This document shows positions 1 through 10,221 of a stretch of 64,000 nucleotides of DNA, one piece after another. The notes under the pieces are model-generated. The model had not been told where the DNA came from. It did no database searches and saw only the letters and a list, made by a program, of their open reading frames with translations. The stretch lies in assembly GCA_963717465.1 (NCBI GenBank), contig OY970340.1, positions 2,752,001-2,816,000 on the forward strand, given 5' to 3'. Each line of letters starts with the position of its first letter. Positions within the stretch are counted from its first letter, which is position 1. A program made the translations under genes and the position numbers. This stretch comes from Candidatus Bathyarchaeota archaeon (GTDB lineage: Archaea; Thermoproteota; Bathyarchaeia; Bathyarchaeales; Bathycorpusculaceae).

Positions 1-795
1 GCAAAGTTACAGCTCTTAATGCCCAAGCAGACGGGTACTTCCCAGCCCGAAGCTCTGAGCCGACTGAGGAATCACTTGGAGATTTAGCAAAAGTTGTCTA
101 AGATTCTTGATGCGGACGTTGGAGTAGCATTTGATGGGGATGGGGATCGTGTTGCATTTGTGGATGAACATGGCGTTTTTGTTAATTTTGACCGATCACT
201 TGCAGCGTATGCTGCCTATGCACTTAAAGGGAAAAAGGGTGGAAAAGTAGTTACCAACGTCGAGGCCTCAATGTGCGTCGAGAAAATGGTTGAACAACAA
301 GACGGCAAAGTGGTGCGAACAAAAGTTGGAGACATCTACATTTCAGAAGCCATAAAACAAACAGGCGCAGTTTTCGGTGGAGAACCATGCGGAGCCTGGG
401 TGCATCCAAAGCATCATTATTGTCCAGATGGCCCGCTTTCTGCCCTGTTGCTCTTGAAGGCGCTTGAGACTGAAGACAAAAGCTTGAGTGAGTTCATCAA
501 GAACGTACCTGAATACAGCACGGTAAGAAAGAATGTCTCTTGCAAGAATGAGTCAAAGTACAAGATAGTTTCAGGGATTGAAGCAGGCTTAAAAAAGGCA
601 TTTCCTGATTATACTGATTATTCAACGGTTGACGGTGTACGGTTAGCTTTAAAGAACGGTTGGCTACTCGTTAGAGCATCAGGAACTGAACCTTTAATTC
701 GTTTAACAGTTGAAGGAGAATCGCTCAGAGTGGCAAACGATATAATTAGAGAAGCCACAGTTCTAATAGACAAATGCATAAAGGATGCAGCATGA
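1..795 (+). CDS. glmM: Phosphoglucosamine mutase / phosphohexomutase (5' end outside window; indel near 97)
   Basis: DGDGDR metal-binding loop, GGEPCG sugar-binding loop, VRASGTEP phosphate loop; upstream frame (ALNAQADGYFPARSSEP) continues to the window edge; adjacent to glmU-like gene. Confidence 0.85.
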
Positions 796-2078
796 TGAAA
801 GCGGTACTTTTAGCTGCAGGCGAAGGCGTCAGGCTTCAACCAATCACTTCCACGCGGCCAAAACATTTGATTAAGGTTTGTGGAAAACCAATTTTACAGT
901 ACTGCTTAGAAGCAGTGAAAAATGCAGGATTAACTGAAGCTGTAATCGTCACCCATTACATGGGTGAGGCTTTCCCAGAGTACTTTGGCGACGGTAAAGA
1001 TTATGGTTTAAAATTGAGCTATGTTAAGCAGAAAGCTGTGTTGGGAACGGGCAACGCGGCTGCAGTTGCTGAACCATACGTTGATGATCAGTTTGTTCTT
1101 ATTTATGGGGACTTACTATTTGCACCAAGCGTGGTTGACGAAGCAGTAAAAGTTTTCAAAGCTAAAAAACCTCAAGCTGTAATCGGCGTTGTCCCAGTTG
1201 ACAAACCTGAAAACTATGGAATAATGGAGTTTGACGGAGAAAAAATTAAGCGTATAGTGGAGAAACCCGCCGCGGGGAAAGCACCGTCAAACTTGGCTAA
1301 CGCTGGAGTGTACGTTTTTACAAAAGAAATTTTTAAGAGAATCAAGAAAATCAAAGCGTCAATCCGTGGTGAATGGGAACTCACTGATGCTTTGACACTG
1401 CTTGCAAAAGAGGGCAAAACCGTTTTGGCATCAAAAATTCCAAAGGATGACTGGTTTGACGTTGGCAGACCATGGGACTTACTGGAGGCGAACAATTGGG
1501 CACTAAAACACATGAAACATGAAGTTTTAGGAAATATAGAGCAGGGTGCCCATTTAACTGGTCAAGTAACTGTTGCAAAATCAGCAATGGTACGCTCAGG
1601 AGTATACATTGAAGGGCCATGTTTTATCGATGAAGAATGCGATGTTGGACCAAACTGTTACATTCGCACAGGGACAAGCCTTGGCAAAAAAGTTCGTGTT
1701 GGAAACGCGTGCGAAATAAAAAACAGTATACTCATGGATGAAACGCATGCAGGACACTTATCGTACGTTGGCGACAGCGTAATTGGTGAAAAATGCAACC
1801 TTGGCGCTGGCACCATAATTGGAAATTACCGCTTAGACGCTGGCTCCATTAAAATGATGGTAAAAGACAAGTTAGTGGACACGGGCAGAAGAAAACTCGG
1901 CGCAATACTAGGAGATAACGTGAAAACCGGAATCAACGCATTATTTATGCCTGGCGTAAAAGTAGGCGCCAACAGTTGGGTGGGACCAAACTTCACGGTG
2001 AAAAGAGACCTACCGGCAGACACTATTGCAATGATTAAGCAAACAGAAGAAATAAAACAAAAACCAAAAGCTAAATAG
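792..2078 (+). CDS. glmU: Bifunctional sugar-1-phosphate nucleotidyltransferase/acetyltransferase (archaeal GlmU type)
   Basis: LAAGEGVRL...PK nucleotidyltransferase motif plus C-terminal hexapeptide repeats; ATGA overlap with glmM stop. Confidence 0.85.
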   Translation: MMKAVLLAAGEGVRLQPITSTRPKHLIKVCGKPILQYCLEAVKNAGLTEAVIVTHYMGEAFPEYFGDGKDYGLKLSYVKQKAVLGTGNAAAVAEPYVDDQFVLIYGDLLFAPSVVDEAVKVFKAKKPQAVIGVVPVDKPENYGIMEFDGEKIKRIVEKPAAGKAPSNLANAGVYVFTKEIFKRIKKIKASIRGEWELTDALTLLAKEGKTVLASKIPKDDWFDVGRPWDLLEANNWALKHMKHEVLGNIEQGAHLTGQVTVAKSAMVRSGVYIEGPCFIDEECDVGPNCYIRTGTSLGKKVRVGNACEIKNSILMDETHAGHLSYVGDSVIGEKCNLGAGTIIGNYRLDAGSIKMMVKDKLVDTGRRKLGAILGDNVKTGINALFMPGVKVGANSWVGPNFTVKRDLPADTIAMIKQTEEIKQKPKAK

Positions 2079-2173
2079 TATTAACCCTTGCAGCTGCACA
2101 AGTTATGTAATCAAAATCATTTTTAAGAAATTAAAAGATTTGAAAAACCGATCGAAAACACTTTAGGCCGCGT

Positions 2174-2509
2174 TTATTGTTTTCTTATGTTACATTGCAT
2201 TGCTTTTGGACAGATTAAACACTCGTCTGGTAGAGGCGCGTTAATAGGCATTTGATGTAATGAACCGCTGAAATGGGCGCATTTGGCTGGTGAATCAAAA
2301 ACTGTCGGGTAATCTATAGCTTTTATTTCGATAATTTTTTCTTTTTCAACCAGAATATCTATTTTTGACATGCAGTAAGGGCAGGCGTAATGCGATTGTC
2401 TAGGAATCGTAGTTTGATCTGTGATTACTGTCGGCTTGTCAAACCGCTTCCCGCAGCCTGTGTATGGGCATTGAAGTTTCTCAGCATGGTGATTGTGAAG
2501 AAGGTTCAC
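2174..2509 (-). CDS. Small Cys-rich putative zinc-binding protein
   Basis: CPYTGC, CPYC and CLIC...C motifs; purine-rich SD upstream. Confidence 0.6.
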   Translation of the reverse strand: MNLLHNHHAEKLQCPYTGCGKRFDKPTVITDQTTIPRQSHYACPYCMSKIDILVEKEKIIEIKAIDYPTVFDSPAKCAHFSGSLHQMPINAPLPDECLICPKAMQCNIRKQ

Positions 2510-2758
2510 GTTTTCGCCTCCCTAAAAATCTCCTATCGCAATATTTAATAAACCTTTTCGTAGACCAGTACAGCAGAAATACACAAGAAGTCTCGAGCGG
2601 AATTTAGCATTGGGATCAAAGCCCTCTTTTAATTTTTGAATAATTCTTTGCTTCTTAGCTAGGCATGAGTCCTTATGACAATAAACGTTAGTCTTTTGCG
2701 GCGATTAAGCCATGTGTTGGAGTTCGGATCCAACGGGAAGACGGCCTCGACCGAAAGC

Positions 2759-3151
2759 TTAGTGAAGAGCCAAGCTTAGGGTCAATACGACGAGGACAAA
2801 CAGTGTTATTAGGACGTACTTGTAGTGTTTTTCCCAAGCGAAATAAATTACTGAAGTTATCGCTCGGATGTAAGGGGTCAACATCAGAATTATTACCCCA
2901 AGTGTCATGAAGAGCAAGGCGTTCTGAGTTCCGAATAGATGTTGGACTTGGTAAACTATGAAGGCGAAGAAATTTTGCCCACTGATGAAAACTGCTTGGT
3001 TTTGGGAAATCTGCGTGTTGCCGTACATTCCGTAGTACAGGATTATGCCTATGGCTTCCAGTGTGACGCTGACTACGACGCCAACTACGAGCAGGTAACT
3101 TAAGGCGGTTTCCAACTTTGTTTCGCCGCTGCCTAATCCTGGCTGGGTCAT
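2759..3151 (-). CDS. DUF1634-family membrane protein
   Basis: Three hydrophobic segments with LGVIILMLTPYIR motif; overlaps TauE gene, its usual partner. Confidence 0.75.
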   Translation of the reverse strand: MTQPGLGSGETKLETALSYLLVVGVVVSVTLEAIGIILYYGMYGNTQISQNQAVFISGQNFFAFIVYQVQHLFGTQNALLFMTLGVIILMLTPYIRAITSVIYFAWEKHYKYVLITLFVLVVLTLSLALH

Positions 3152-4005
3152 ATTGTGGTCACTCCCTTGAAGAGCATCTGAATAATGAGCAGAACTACAA
3201 TTATAAGGAATAGGATTTTGAGGTTTCTATCATGAATTCGATTAAGCAACCTTCCGCCTACCATGGCGCCGATTGTTACACCGATAGCCATGGGTGCCAT
3301 TAGCGTCAGGTTCAGCAAACCCGAAAAAAAGTAGACACTTGCACCTGCCAGTGCGGTCATGCCTATGATGAAGTTGCTAGTGGCGGTTGAAACTTTCGAC
3401 GGTACCTTGAGGACTTTCTCATGCACAATGACCTTGAAAGCTCCTGCACCGATTCCAAGCATCCCCGCAGCTATCCCCGCCACAAACATTCCAAGACCTC
3501 CGAGAAGCGAGTTTGTCCCCTTGTACTTTACTACCTTGTTGTTTGCCTTGTCATAGTAGCTTCCTTCAAGACCCAGCCATTTGGAAAGCCTGTCTTGCTT
3601 TTCAGGCATAACATACTTTGCCTTTAAGCTGCTCCTGAAATTGATAAAAGAAGTCGAAAGGAAAACGGCAAAGAGAAAGTAGAGGAAAACGGGCGCGATA
3701 AACACGGTTATGGTCGCGCCAACTATTGCTCCTACTATAGTGAACATTTCAAGATACATGGCAAGCTTGATGTTGGCAATCCGTTCCTTCACATAGTTCG
3801 ACGCGGCCCCACTTGACGTGGCTATGATTGCGATCATTCCACATGCGACAGCCTCCTTAATTGGAAACCCTGCGAACACGAGAATGGGTGTCAGGATGCT
3901 GGCGCCGCCTAGACCTGTTAGTGACCCGACTAAGCCGACCGCGACTGATATTAACAGTAATATAACCATGTCCAGCATGACTTTTTCCAACATTAAATTA
4001 AACAT
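3148..4005 (-). CDS. TauE/SafE family sulfite exporter-like membrane protein
   Basis: GSLTGLGG and GMLGIGAG repeat motifs, STATSNF, multiple TM helices. Confidence 0.85.
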   Translation of the reverse strand: MFNLMLEKVMLDMVILLLISVAVGLVGSLTGLGGASILTPILVFAGFPIKEAVACGMIAIIATSSGAASNYVKERIANIKLAMYLEMFTIVGAIVGATITVFIAPVFLYFLFAVFLSTSFINFRSSLKAKYVMPEKQDRLSKWLGLEGSYYDKANNKVVKYKGTNSLLGGLGMFVAGIAAGMLGIGAGAFKVIVHEKVLKVPSKVSTATSNFIIGMTALAGASVYFFSGLLNLTLMAPMAIGVTIGAMVGGRLLNRIHDRNLKILFLIIVVLLIIQMLFKGVTTI

Positions 4006-4207
4006 TAAAGCAATTTAAATGCATGCGAAGAGAGTTTATAGCGGGTTTATAGCAGCGGAGGTTGCTCCCCTTTGACTCGTTCAATTTCTTCTCTAGTTTT
4101 CATCTTCGACACTTGAGATGAGATCGAGTGAGCCATAAGCTGCGTCGCAGATTAGCCTTAATAAAAGCATTATTTGGTTGCTATTAAAAACTCGGAAATA
4201 ATTTTTT

Positions 4208-4255
4208 TGGAGCCTCGAGCGGGCTTTGATCCCGCGACCTGCTGCTTACGAGGCA
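4208..4255 (-). repeat. att-like duplication of the 3' 48 bp of tRNA-Thr(CGT)
   Basis: 47/48 identical to 4958-5005 (only 4237 a vs 4987 g), exactly 750 bp away. Confidence 0.95.
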
Positions 4256-4329
4256 TAGGAAGGCTATTTGATCAACGTTATCGGTAGCCTTATATCGATT
4301 TGTATACATATTAAATTATTCGTTTACAG

Positions 4330-4560
4330 GTGTGTACTATGGAAACAGAGGTCTTGTCTGTCAGAGTCAAGAAAAGCCTCAAAGATGAAGCGGAAAGGAT
4401 GGGTATTGATATAAAAGCTGCTGTAGAAGAGCGTCTCGAGGAACTTGTCAAGGAAAAGAAAGCCAAAGCCAAAAGACGTGCGGAAGAACTTAGAAAAATA
4501 ATGCATGTCACGGAAGAAGAGTGGATACAAGACGTCAAGGCAACGAGGCAAGAAATGTAA
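4330..4560 (+). CDS. VapB-type (RHH/CcdA-like) antitoxin
   Basis: VLSVRVKKSLKDEAERMGID ribbon-helix-helix-like N-terminus; overlaps PIN toxin gene. Confidence 0.75.
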   Translation: MCTMETEVLSVRVKKSLKDEAERMGIDIKAAVEERLEELVKEKKAKAKRRAEELRKIMHVTEEEWIQDVKATRQEM

Positions 4561-4936
4561 ATATCTACTAGACGCATCAGCGCTATATCCCATGCTAGTT
4601 AGAGGAATCCCCTTTAACCCTGAAGAATGTGCAGTATCGTCACTTACAGAATATGAAATTGGTAACACTTTGTGGAAACAGGACAAGAAAAAAGAACTGG
4701 ATGATCCAAAGCGAATAGCACAAATTTTCGAGGAAAGCCTCGCTGAATTAAACAAGATTTGGGTTGATTCCATTGTTAACGTTCTAACACTTGCCATGGA
4801 GAGAAACTTGTCTTTCTACGACGCGTCATACGCTTATCTGGCTGAAAAAGAAAATATGAAATTAGTTACCGAAGATATCGATTTAATCAAAAAATGTAAA
4901 TGCGCTATTCGCCTAAAAGAGATAGAACTGCCTTAA
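4505..4936 (+). CDS. VapC PIN-domain toxin (true start may be slightly downstream)
   Basis: YLLDASAL, EYEIGN, LSFYDASY, LVTED acidic PIN motifs. Confidence 0.85.
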   Translation: MSRKKSGYKTSRQRGKKCKYLLDASALYPMLVRGIPFNPEECAVSSLTEYEIGNTLWKQDKKKELDDPKRIAQIFEESLAELNKIWVDSIVNVLTLAMERNLSFYDASYAYLAEKENMKLVTEDIDLIKKCKCAIRLKEIELP

Positions 4937-4957
4937 GCGCTCTTGTTTGGCAATTGG

Positions 4958-5034
4958 TGGAGCCTCGAGCGGGCTTTGATCCCGCGGCCTGCTGCTTACG
5001 AGGCAGCCGCTCTACCAGGCTGAGCCATCGAGGC
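4958..5034 (-). tRNA. tRNA-Thr(CGT), intronless, CCA encoded
   Basis: Reverse complement folds as a cloverleaf: acceptor GCCTCGA/TCGAGGC, anticodon arm GCTGC-ctCGTaa-GCAGC, T arm GCGGG-ATCAAAG-CCCGC. Confidence 0.95.
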
Positions 5035-5152
5035 ACACTTTAGACTTATGTTTTGTTGGTTTTGGTGTTTTTAAATGTTGGTGGTCATCGCGTGTTTTGG
5101 ATTTGTTTGTGGTAAGGTTTTATGTGAGTTTTGAGTGTTTGTTCTTTAGAGG

Positions 5153-6169
5153 TTGTGTTATTTGCGCCACGTTGCGAATGGTCGAGTTTTTGGTGAACGT
5201 GAAATGATTGAATTGCTGGTTAGCCATTTTGATGTTTTGCCAAACGCTATTGTGCCTTTTGGTGATGATATAGCCGCTGTTCAGCTTGGCGATCGCATCG
5301 GTGTTTTAAAGACGGATATGCTTGTTGGTAAAACTGATGTACCTGCTGGTATGAGCGCGTGGCAGGCTGCACGCAAGGCTGTTGTGATGAACGTAAGTGA
5401 TTTTGCGTCAAAAGGTGTTTTGCCAACGGCTCTGCTTGTTGCTTTAGGGTTGCCAAAAAATGCTAGTCGCGCCACGGTGAAGAAGATTGCTCAAGGGTTG
5501 AATGCTGGAGCACGTGAATACAGTACTTTCATTGTGGGCGGTGACACTGGTGAGGCTTGTGACTTGATTATTTCTGTTATGGTTTTTGGAACATGTGAGA
5601 AGAAAGATTTGATGCTCCGTAGCGGTGCAAGGTCTGGTGACGTGGTGGCTGTAACTGGTGATTTTGGTAAATCAGCAGCTGGTTTACGCCTGCTTTTAAA
5701 AAAGAAATACTCTGCAAGTAAAGCAGTTCGTGAGGTATTGACTGATGCAGTTTTTATGCCGAAGGCAAGGTTAAAAGAGGGTTATGCGCTTGGGCAAAGT
5801 GGAGCTGCTTCATCATCCATCGATTCAAGTGATGGTTTAGCTTGGAGTCTGCATGAAATTGCAAACATGAGTAATATCGGTTTTTTGATCGACAAGATTC
5901 CTGTCGCGGCTGAAGTTTTGCGTTTTTGTGAAGTTAACGGTTTAGATGCTGAAGAATTAGCGTTGTACGGCGGCGAAGAGTACGAGTTAGTGGTTACAAT
6001 TAAACCTGAAATGTGGGATACTGCTTTGTCCGCGGTGAAGGCTGCTGGCGGATGCTTGTTGCCCATTGGAAAAGTAACCAAGAATAAAGGAGTGTTCTTG
6101 CAAAATAAGAGTGAAAAGCGGATTATCGAAGCTCGTGGCTGGGAGCATTTTAAAAGCAAAATCAGCTAG
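5153..6169 (+). CDS. thiL: Thiamine-monophosphate kinase
   Basis: GDDIA, KTDML, MNVSDFASKG, GGDT, IDSSDGL, GGEEYELV motifs; exact start uncertain. Confidence 0.9.
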   Translation: MCYLRHVANGRVFGEREMIELLVSHFDVLPNAIVPFGDDIAAVQLGDRIGVLKTDMLVGKTDVPAGMSAWQAARKAVVMNVSDFASKGVLPTALLVALGLPKNASRATVKKIAQGLNAGAREYSTFIVGGDTGEACDLIISVMVFGTCEKKDLMLRSGARSGDVVAVTGDFGKSAAGLRLLLKKKYSASKAVREVLTDAVFMPKARLKEGYALGQSGAASSSIDSSDGLAWSLHEIANMSNIGFLIDKIPVAAEVLRFCEVNGLDAEELALYGGEEYELVVTIKPEMWDTALSAVKAAGGCLLPIGKVTKNKGVFLQNKSEKRIIEARGWEHFKSKIS

Positions 6170-6719
6170 TTTGATCGAGCAGGTAATTGATTATTGTTAT
6201 GCATGAAGCTGCAAGGTAAGGTTGTTTTCCCAAGCTTACTTTTTCGCCGAAACGCAAGGCGTACGTTTCAGCTTTTTTTGGTAATCCAACATGGTCGCCG
6301 AGGACAAAAACAGCGTTTTCTTTAAGCGTGGATTCTTTGATGTTTTTGCCGCCTTCTTCAAGAACGTAGATTGGCTGGTTTTCTGCTTTTTCTCTAAGCA
6401 ATGCTTCGTAACTTTTGTGGTCCTTGCTGATTCCAGGGTGACTTTTGCCTGAGAGAATTTTTCTAATTATGCTCTGCCAAATTTCAATATCAGTTTGGAC
6501 GTCGTAGAGCGTTTCACCGTTAATTTGTATATGCACGGGTGGATTGGGTGGACCATTCAGAACAGCGTGAAAAGTGACGTTTCTACGCAAGCCATGAGAA
6601 AGAAAAAGACTAGCTACAATACACTCATGAACAATGTCTAATCTTCCGGCATCATGCAAATTGTTGAAAACTGAATCAGTTCTCCCAAGACGCGAAAGCA
6701 AAACGAATTCCCGAGCCAA
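6162..6719 (-). CDS. trmY: tRNA (pseudouridine54-N1)-methyltransferase, SPOUT class
   Basis: AGRLDIV...LFLSHGLRRN and FVLGDHVG SPOUT motifs. Confidence 0.85.
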   Translation of the reverse strand: MAREFVLLSRLGRTDSVFNNLHDAGRLDIVHECIVASLFLSHGLRRNVTFHAVLNGPPNPPVHIQINGETLYDVQTDIEIWQSIIRKILSGKSHPGISKDHKSYEALLREKAENQPIYVLEEGGKNIKESTLKENAVFVLGDHVGLPKKAETYALRFGEKVSLGKQPYLAASCITIINYLLDQTS

Positions 6720-6873
6720 CCAACATCACACGCTAAGTGTTATTGAATTGTCTGCTTAAAGTGCTTTCTGAAATATCTAGAAAATGAAAATTTTAGCTTT
6801 CTTCGTAAATAAAGAGTATTCTGCTAATAAATCCAGTTAACATAAAAGAAAAGAAACGAAAATAATTAGGAAA

Positions 6874-7362
6874 TTAGATCATGCGCAGAACTAAATCGTC
6901 TATTTCTTTGCCTCTGTATCCTGCTTCTCCACCTGCTCTGAAACTTTTCTTTGTTTTGCCTTTGTAGCCTTTGGAGGGAGGGTGCAACTTGAACAGCGGC
7001 GTAATTTCTGGCAGTTTTGAAAATTCGGTTTTGCAGTTTACGATAGCGTCTGCTAAGTCGTCAAAGCTTTTGTAGCCGATTTTTTGGAGGTATTCATCGG
7101 TTAATTTTTTGTCGCCTGCAAGTCGTCCGCGTTTCTTGAGCATGGCAGCTACGGTTTCTTTTGATGCTTCTCCCCATGTCACGTAGCTTTGAACTCTTTT
7201 GAGCATTCCTTTGTATGAAGCTCGATTATCGATTATGACTGCGTGATTAGTATGCAGCAAGCGAAGAAACTGCAGTGTTTCTCGTGCTTCACGTTGAGCG
7301 CTTACTATTCCGCGAACTTTAACTGCGACTAAGCATCTGCACTCTTCAGTTTTCTGAGCCAT
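6874..7362 (-). CDS. rpl30p: 50S ribosomal protein uL30
   Basis: Sequence motifs (VTWGE, FKLHPPSKG, GEAGYRG) and position after uS5. Confidence 0.95.
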   Translation of the reverse strand: MAQKTEECRCLVAVKVRGIVSAQREARETLQFLRLLHTNHAVIIDNRASYKGMLKRVQSYVTWGEASKETVAAMLKKRGRLAGDKKLTDEYLQKIGYKSFDDLADAIVNCKTEFSKLPEITPLFKLHPPSKGYKGKTKKSFRAGGEAGYRGKEIDDLVLRMI

Positions 7363-7363
7363 G

Positions 7364-8023
7364 TTACTTCACCCAATCTGCCGTTGTAATCAGATTATAT
7401 GTTTTCCGCAAGCCATCAAAAATTGCATGCGCATACGAGGGTACAGTTCTCGTGGAACCGTAACTTCTCATCCACAAGTCTTTGACCCCAGCTAAACCGA
7501 AAATGACCTTTGCAACCTCGCTGGAAACAAGGCCTAAGCCTCTTGGACCAGGTACGATTACTACTCGGACGCCGCCGCATTTTCCCTCAACTTGGAAGGG
7601 GACAGAATGCTGTTTTCCACAACTGCATTCCCAACTGCCGCATCCTCGTTTAATTGGAACAATGTTTAATCGGGCGTTGGCTGCAGCTTTCTCGATTGCG
7701 TTGCGAACTTGGCTGGCTTTTCCTGAACCTAAACCTATGTAGCCATCCTTGTTTCCGACAGCTACTATGGCTTTGAAACGAGATTTCTCTCCAGCGTCAG
7801 TTTGCTTCTGCACTAAGTTAACGTTAATAACTTCTTCTTGAATATCAGGAATTAAAGCGTCAACAATCTGGGGTTCAGAAATTTTTATGCCGCTTAAGAA
7901 AACGTCTTCTATAGTAGTTAATTTGCCTTCTTGAATCATTTTTCCTAAGCGTGTTTTAGGAACCCATTCTTCTAAATGCTCTGAACGCCTATCTCTATCT
8001 CTGTTAGGTCTTTCTCGACTCAT
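7364..8023 (-). CDS. rps5: 30S ribosomal protein uS5
   Basis: WVPKTRLG, QKQTDAGE, GCGSWEC, PGPRGLGLV. Confidence 0.97.
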   Translation of the reverse strand: MSRERPNRDRDRRSEHLEEWVPKTRLGKMIQEGKLTTIEDVFLSGIKISEPQIVDALIPDIQEEVINVNLVQKQTDAGEKSRFKAIVAVGNKDGYIGLGSGKASQVRNAIEKAAANARLNIVPIKRGCGSWECSCGKQHSVPFQVEGKCGGVRVVIVPGPRGLGLVSSEVAKVIFGLAGVKDLWMRSYGSTRTVPSYAHAIFDGLRKTYNLITTADWVK

Positions 8024-8622
8024 GCTTTCTTATCACCCTTAAATGAACCGGTAATGTTTGTTTTCACCTGTGCAAAATGCTCAGGCAACTTTTCAGGCGC
8101 AATACTTGCACCTAAGTAGCGTGAAAACTTTGCATTGTACTCTTCAGATCCAGCAGTTAAACCTTTAGCGTACTTTGCAATTGAATCACCCTTCAAGCTT
8201 GGCTTAACAATTTTTTCTTCACTATGCGGGACATTAATGCCAGCATCAACTACTCCGCTGAGCATCGCAAACGATTTAGAACCCTTTGTGGGAGCAACCA
8301 AACCTAAATCTAAGATAGCTTCAGAAACACCCTTAGATTTAGCTTTCAACCCGCAAAGCAAACCAGTCAAGTATGCAGCTGGAATGTTGCCAGTTGGAGC
8401 CTTCCAGCCGAAAAGTTTGGTTAACTCGTGGCTGTTCGCTGAAGCTAATACTTCATCGCCATGAGCTTTAGCTACAATAATCTGCACATGGGCATTCCTG
8501 TTTGATGCTCGAGTAACTAGACGGAGTTTTCCTGAGATAACAAACGCTTTGCGTGCTTGGTAGTCAGTTTTTCCCTCTCGTCTGCGTCGAAGTTGAACTC
8601 TGTAAGTTGCGTTCTTAGCCAT
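8020..8622 (-). CDS. rpl18: 50S ribosomal protein uL18
   Basis: RRRREGKTDY, NIPAAYLTG. Confidence 0.97.
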   Translation of the reverse strand: MAKNATYRVQLRRRREGKTDYQARKAFVISGKLRLVTRASNRNAHVQIIVAKAHGDEVLASANSHELTKLFGWKAPTGNIPAAYLTGLLCGLKAKSKGVSEAILDLGLVAPTKGSKSFAMLSGVVDAGINVPHSEEKIVKPSLKGDSIAKYAKGLTAGSEEYNAKFSRYLGASIAPEKLPEHFAQVKTNITGSFKGDKKA

Positions 8623-9078
8623 TTAGCGTTTCCTCCATAAATCGTGTGCCTTTAGGAAGCGTTCCAAATCAGCGATAGATTCGAAACGTCCACTGCCAGC
8701 CATACGGTAATATTCAGTGTAAGTGTCTTCTGCGATGATACGTTCAGCCTTTAATTCGCGAAGCTTACGTCGTAAAGACCGAATTCTTATCATCCAAGCC
8801 TGCTTCTTGTTAATCTTTGCATGAGGTGTACCCTTAACGCTGCCAGCGCCTAACCGTCTGCCTTTTCGCTTCTTTTCGCGGACAATCTTTGCTCGAGAAC
8901 GGCTAACACCGTTAATTGGCATTGGAACAATAGCCTTCTCGTGAATTAGCTTTCTAACTTCTTGACGTGTAATTGCGCCGTCCACTTCATCTATGCGTTC
9001 TGGGTCAATCCAAACACGGTTCTGCCCAACCTTTAATATTGCAGCAGCTAAACGACGTTGACCAGTCAGATTAGTCAT
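8623..9078 (-). CDS. rpl19e: 50S ribosomal protein eL19
   Basis: QRRLAAAILKVGQNRVWIDP, AITRQEVRKLI. Confidence 0.97.
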   Translation of the reverse strand: MTNLTGQRRLAAAILKVGQNRVWIDPERIDEVDGAITRQEVRKLIHEKAIVPMPINGVSRSRAKIVREKKRKGRRLGAGSVKGTPHAKINKKQAWMIRIRSLRRKLRELKAERIIAEDTYTEYYRMAGSGRFESIADLERFLKAHDLWRKR

Positions 9079-9662
9079 TACTCATTATCTCCTTCCTCTT
9101 TAGTTTCCGATTTCTTTTTTGATTTCTTAGGTTTCTCTTCTTCCTCTTCTTCTTTTGCTTCCTTGTTCTCTGTTTCCTCTTCTGTCTCTTTTGACTTTGT
9201 CTCTTTGTCTTCAACGGCTTTTTCTGCTTCTTCTGCTTTAGCCTCTTCTTCAGGCGGCTGTTCTTTTACGGTTTTAACGTTTAGAACTTTAGCATTCAAC
9301 CGTTTAGCTTCAGCAATAATTAAAGCCCGTTTCTTGCGACCGACTGTGTGGGCAATTCTTGCTGCCTGAGTTGCCGTATCAATCGCCTTGATTTCTTCAA
9401 CGTTGTAAACTAGTACTTCTCGGTAACCAGAAGGATGTAAGCCTCTTGCAACTTTAGGACCTTTATAGCCCATGCTTGGTCCAGGCGGCCAACCCTTAAT
9501 CTTTCGTCTTACTTTGTTGTCTAAGCCTTTTGGTCTTCTCCAGCTTAAACTGAACTTGTCATACCTCCAACTTTCGGGGCGGTTAAAAGCTGGTTTCTTG
9601 TTCCTTGCTCTTGCCCTAACCTGCAATGCTTTGCGTTGTGGCGATGGCTTTTTCTCAGTCAT
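9078..9662 (-). CDS. rpl32e: 50S ribosomal protein eL32 with long Glu/Lys-rich C-terminal tail
   Basis: [18 protein letters not shown]. Confidence 0.95.
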   Translation of the reverse strand: MTEKKPSPQRKALQVRARARNKKPAFNRPESWRYDKFSLSWRRPKGLDNKVRRKIKGWPPGPSMGYKGPKVARGLHPSGYREVLVYNVEEIKAIDTATQAARIAHTVGRKKRALIIAEAKRLNAKVLNVKTVKEQPPEEEAKAEEAEKAVEDKETKSKETEEETENKEAKEEEEEEKPKKSKKKSETKEEGDNE

Positions 9663-10210
9663 TATGCAGTACCTTCATTTTTTTCATAAACATAAAGTCC
9701 ATCCAAGAAGACACGGGGGTCCTTGCGCCTTACACGTGTGGCTTGTTCAATATTTGCGGCGGTTTGACTGACATCTTCCAGGTTTATGCCTTCGACGATT
9801 ATGTCGTCAGGCTCGACTTTTACTTTGACATCGCCGATTATTTTTACTCGGCGTGCTCGGCGTTCTCCTGTAAAGTTTTCGATTATAACTGTTTTATCCT
9901 GAACTTTGACTGTGATTGGGAAGTGAGAAAACACTATTTTAAGCTTGTATGAATAGCCCTTTGTTACTCCGCAAATCATGTTTTGAATATGAGAATAAAT
10001 CGTGCCTATGAGAGCAGCTTCCTTCTTGCGGGGCCATTTAGCCCAAAGACGCACGGTTTTGCCGTCACCTTCAATTGCGATTGGTACAAATGAAAAGTCG
10101 CGTGTTAATGTGCCTTTAGCGCCTTTTACGACTACGAGTTTTTTGTCATTAACGCTAAGCTCAACGCCGTCGGGAACTTGAACTGTTTTTGAAACTTCTG
10201 GGAGCCGCAT
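9662..10210 (-). CDS. rpl6: 50S ribosomal protein uL6
   Basis: [19 protein letters not shown]. Confidence 0.97.
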   Translation of the reverse strand: MRLPEVSKTVQVPDGVELSVNDKKLVVVKGAKGTLTRDFSFVPIAIEGDGKTVRLWAKWPRKKEAALIGTIYSHIQNMICGVTKGYSYKLKIVFSHFPITVKVQDKTVIIENFTGERRARRVKIIGDVKVKVEPDDIIVEGINLEDVSQTAANIEQATRVRRKDPRVFLDGLYVYEKNEGTA

Positions 10211-10221
10211 AAATTACACCT

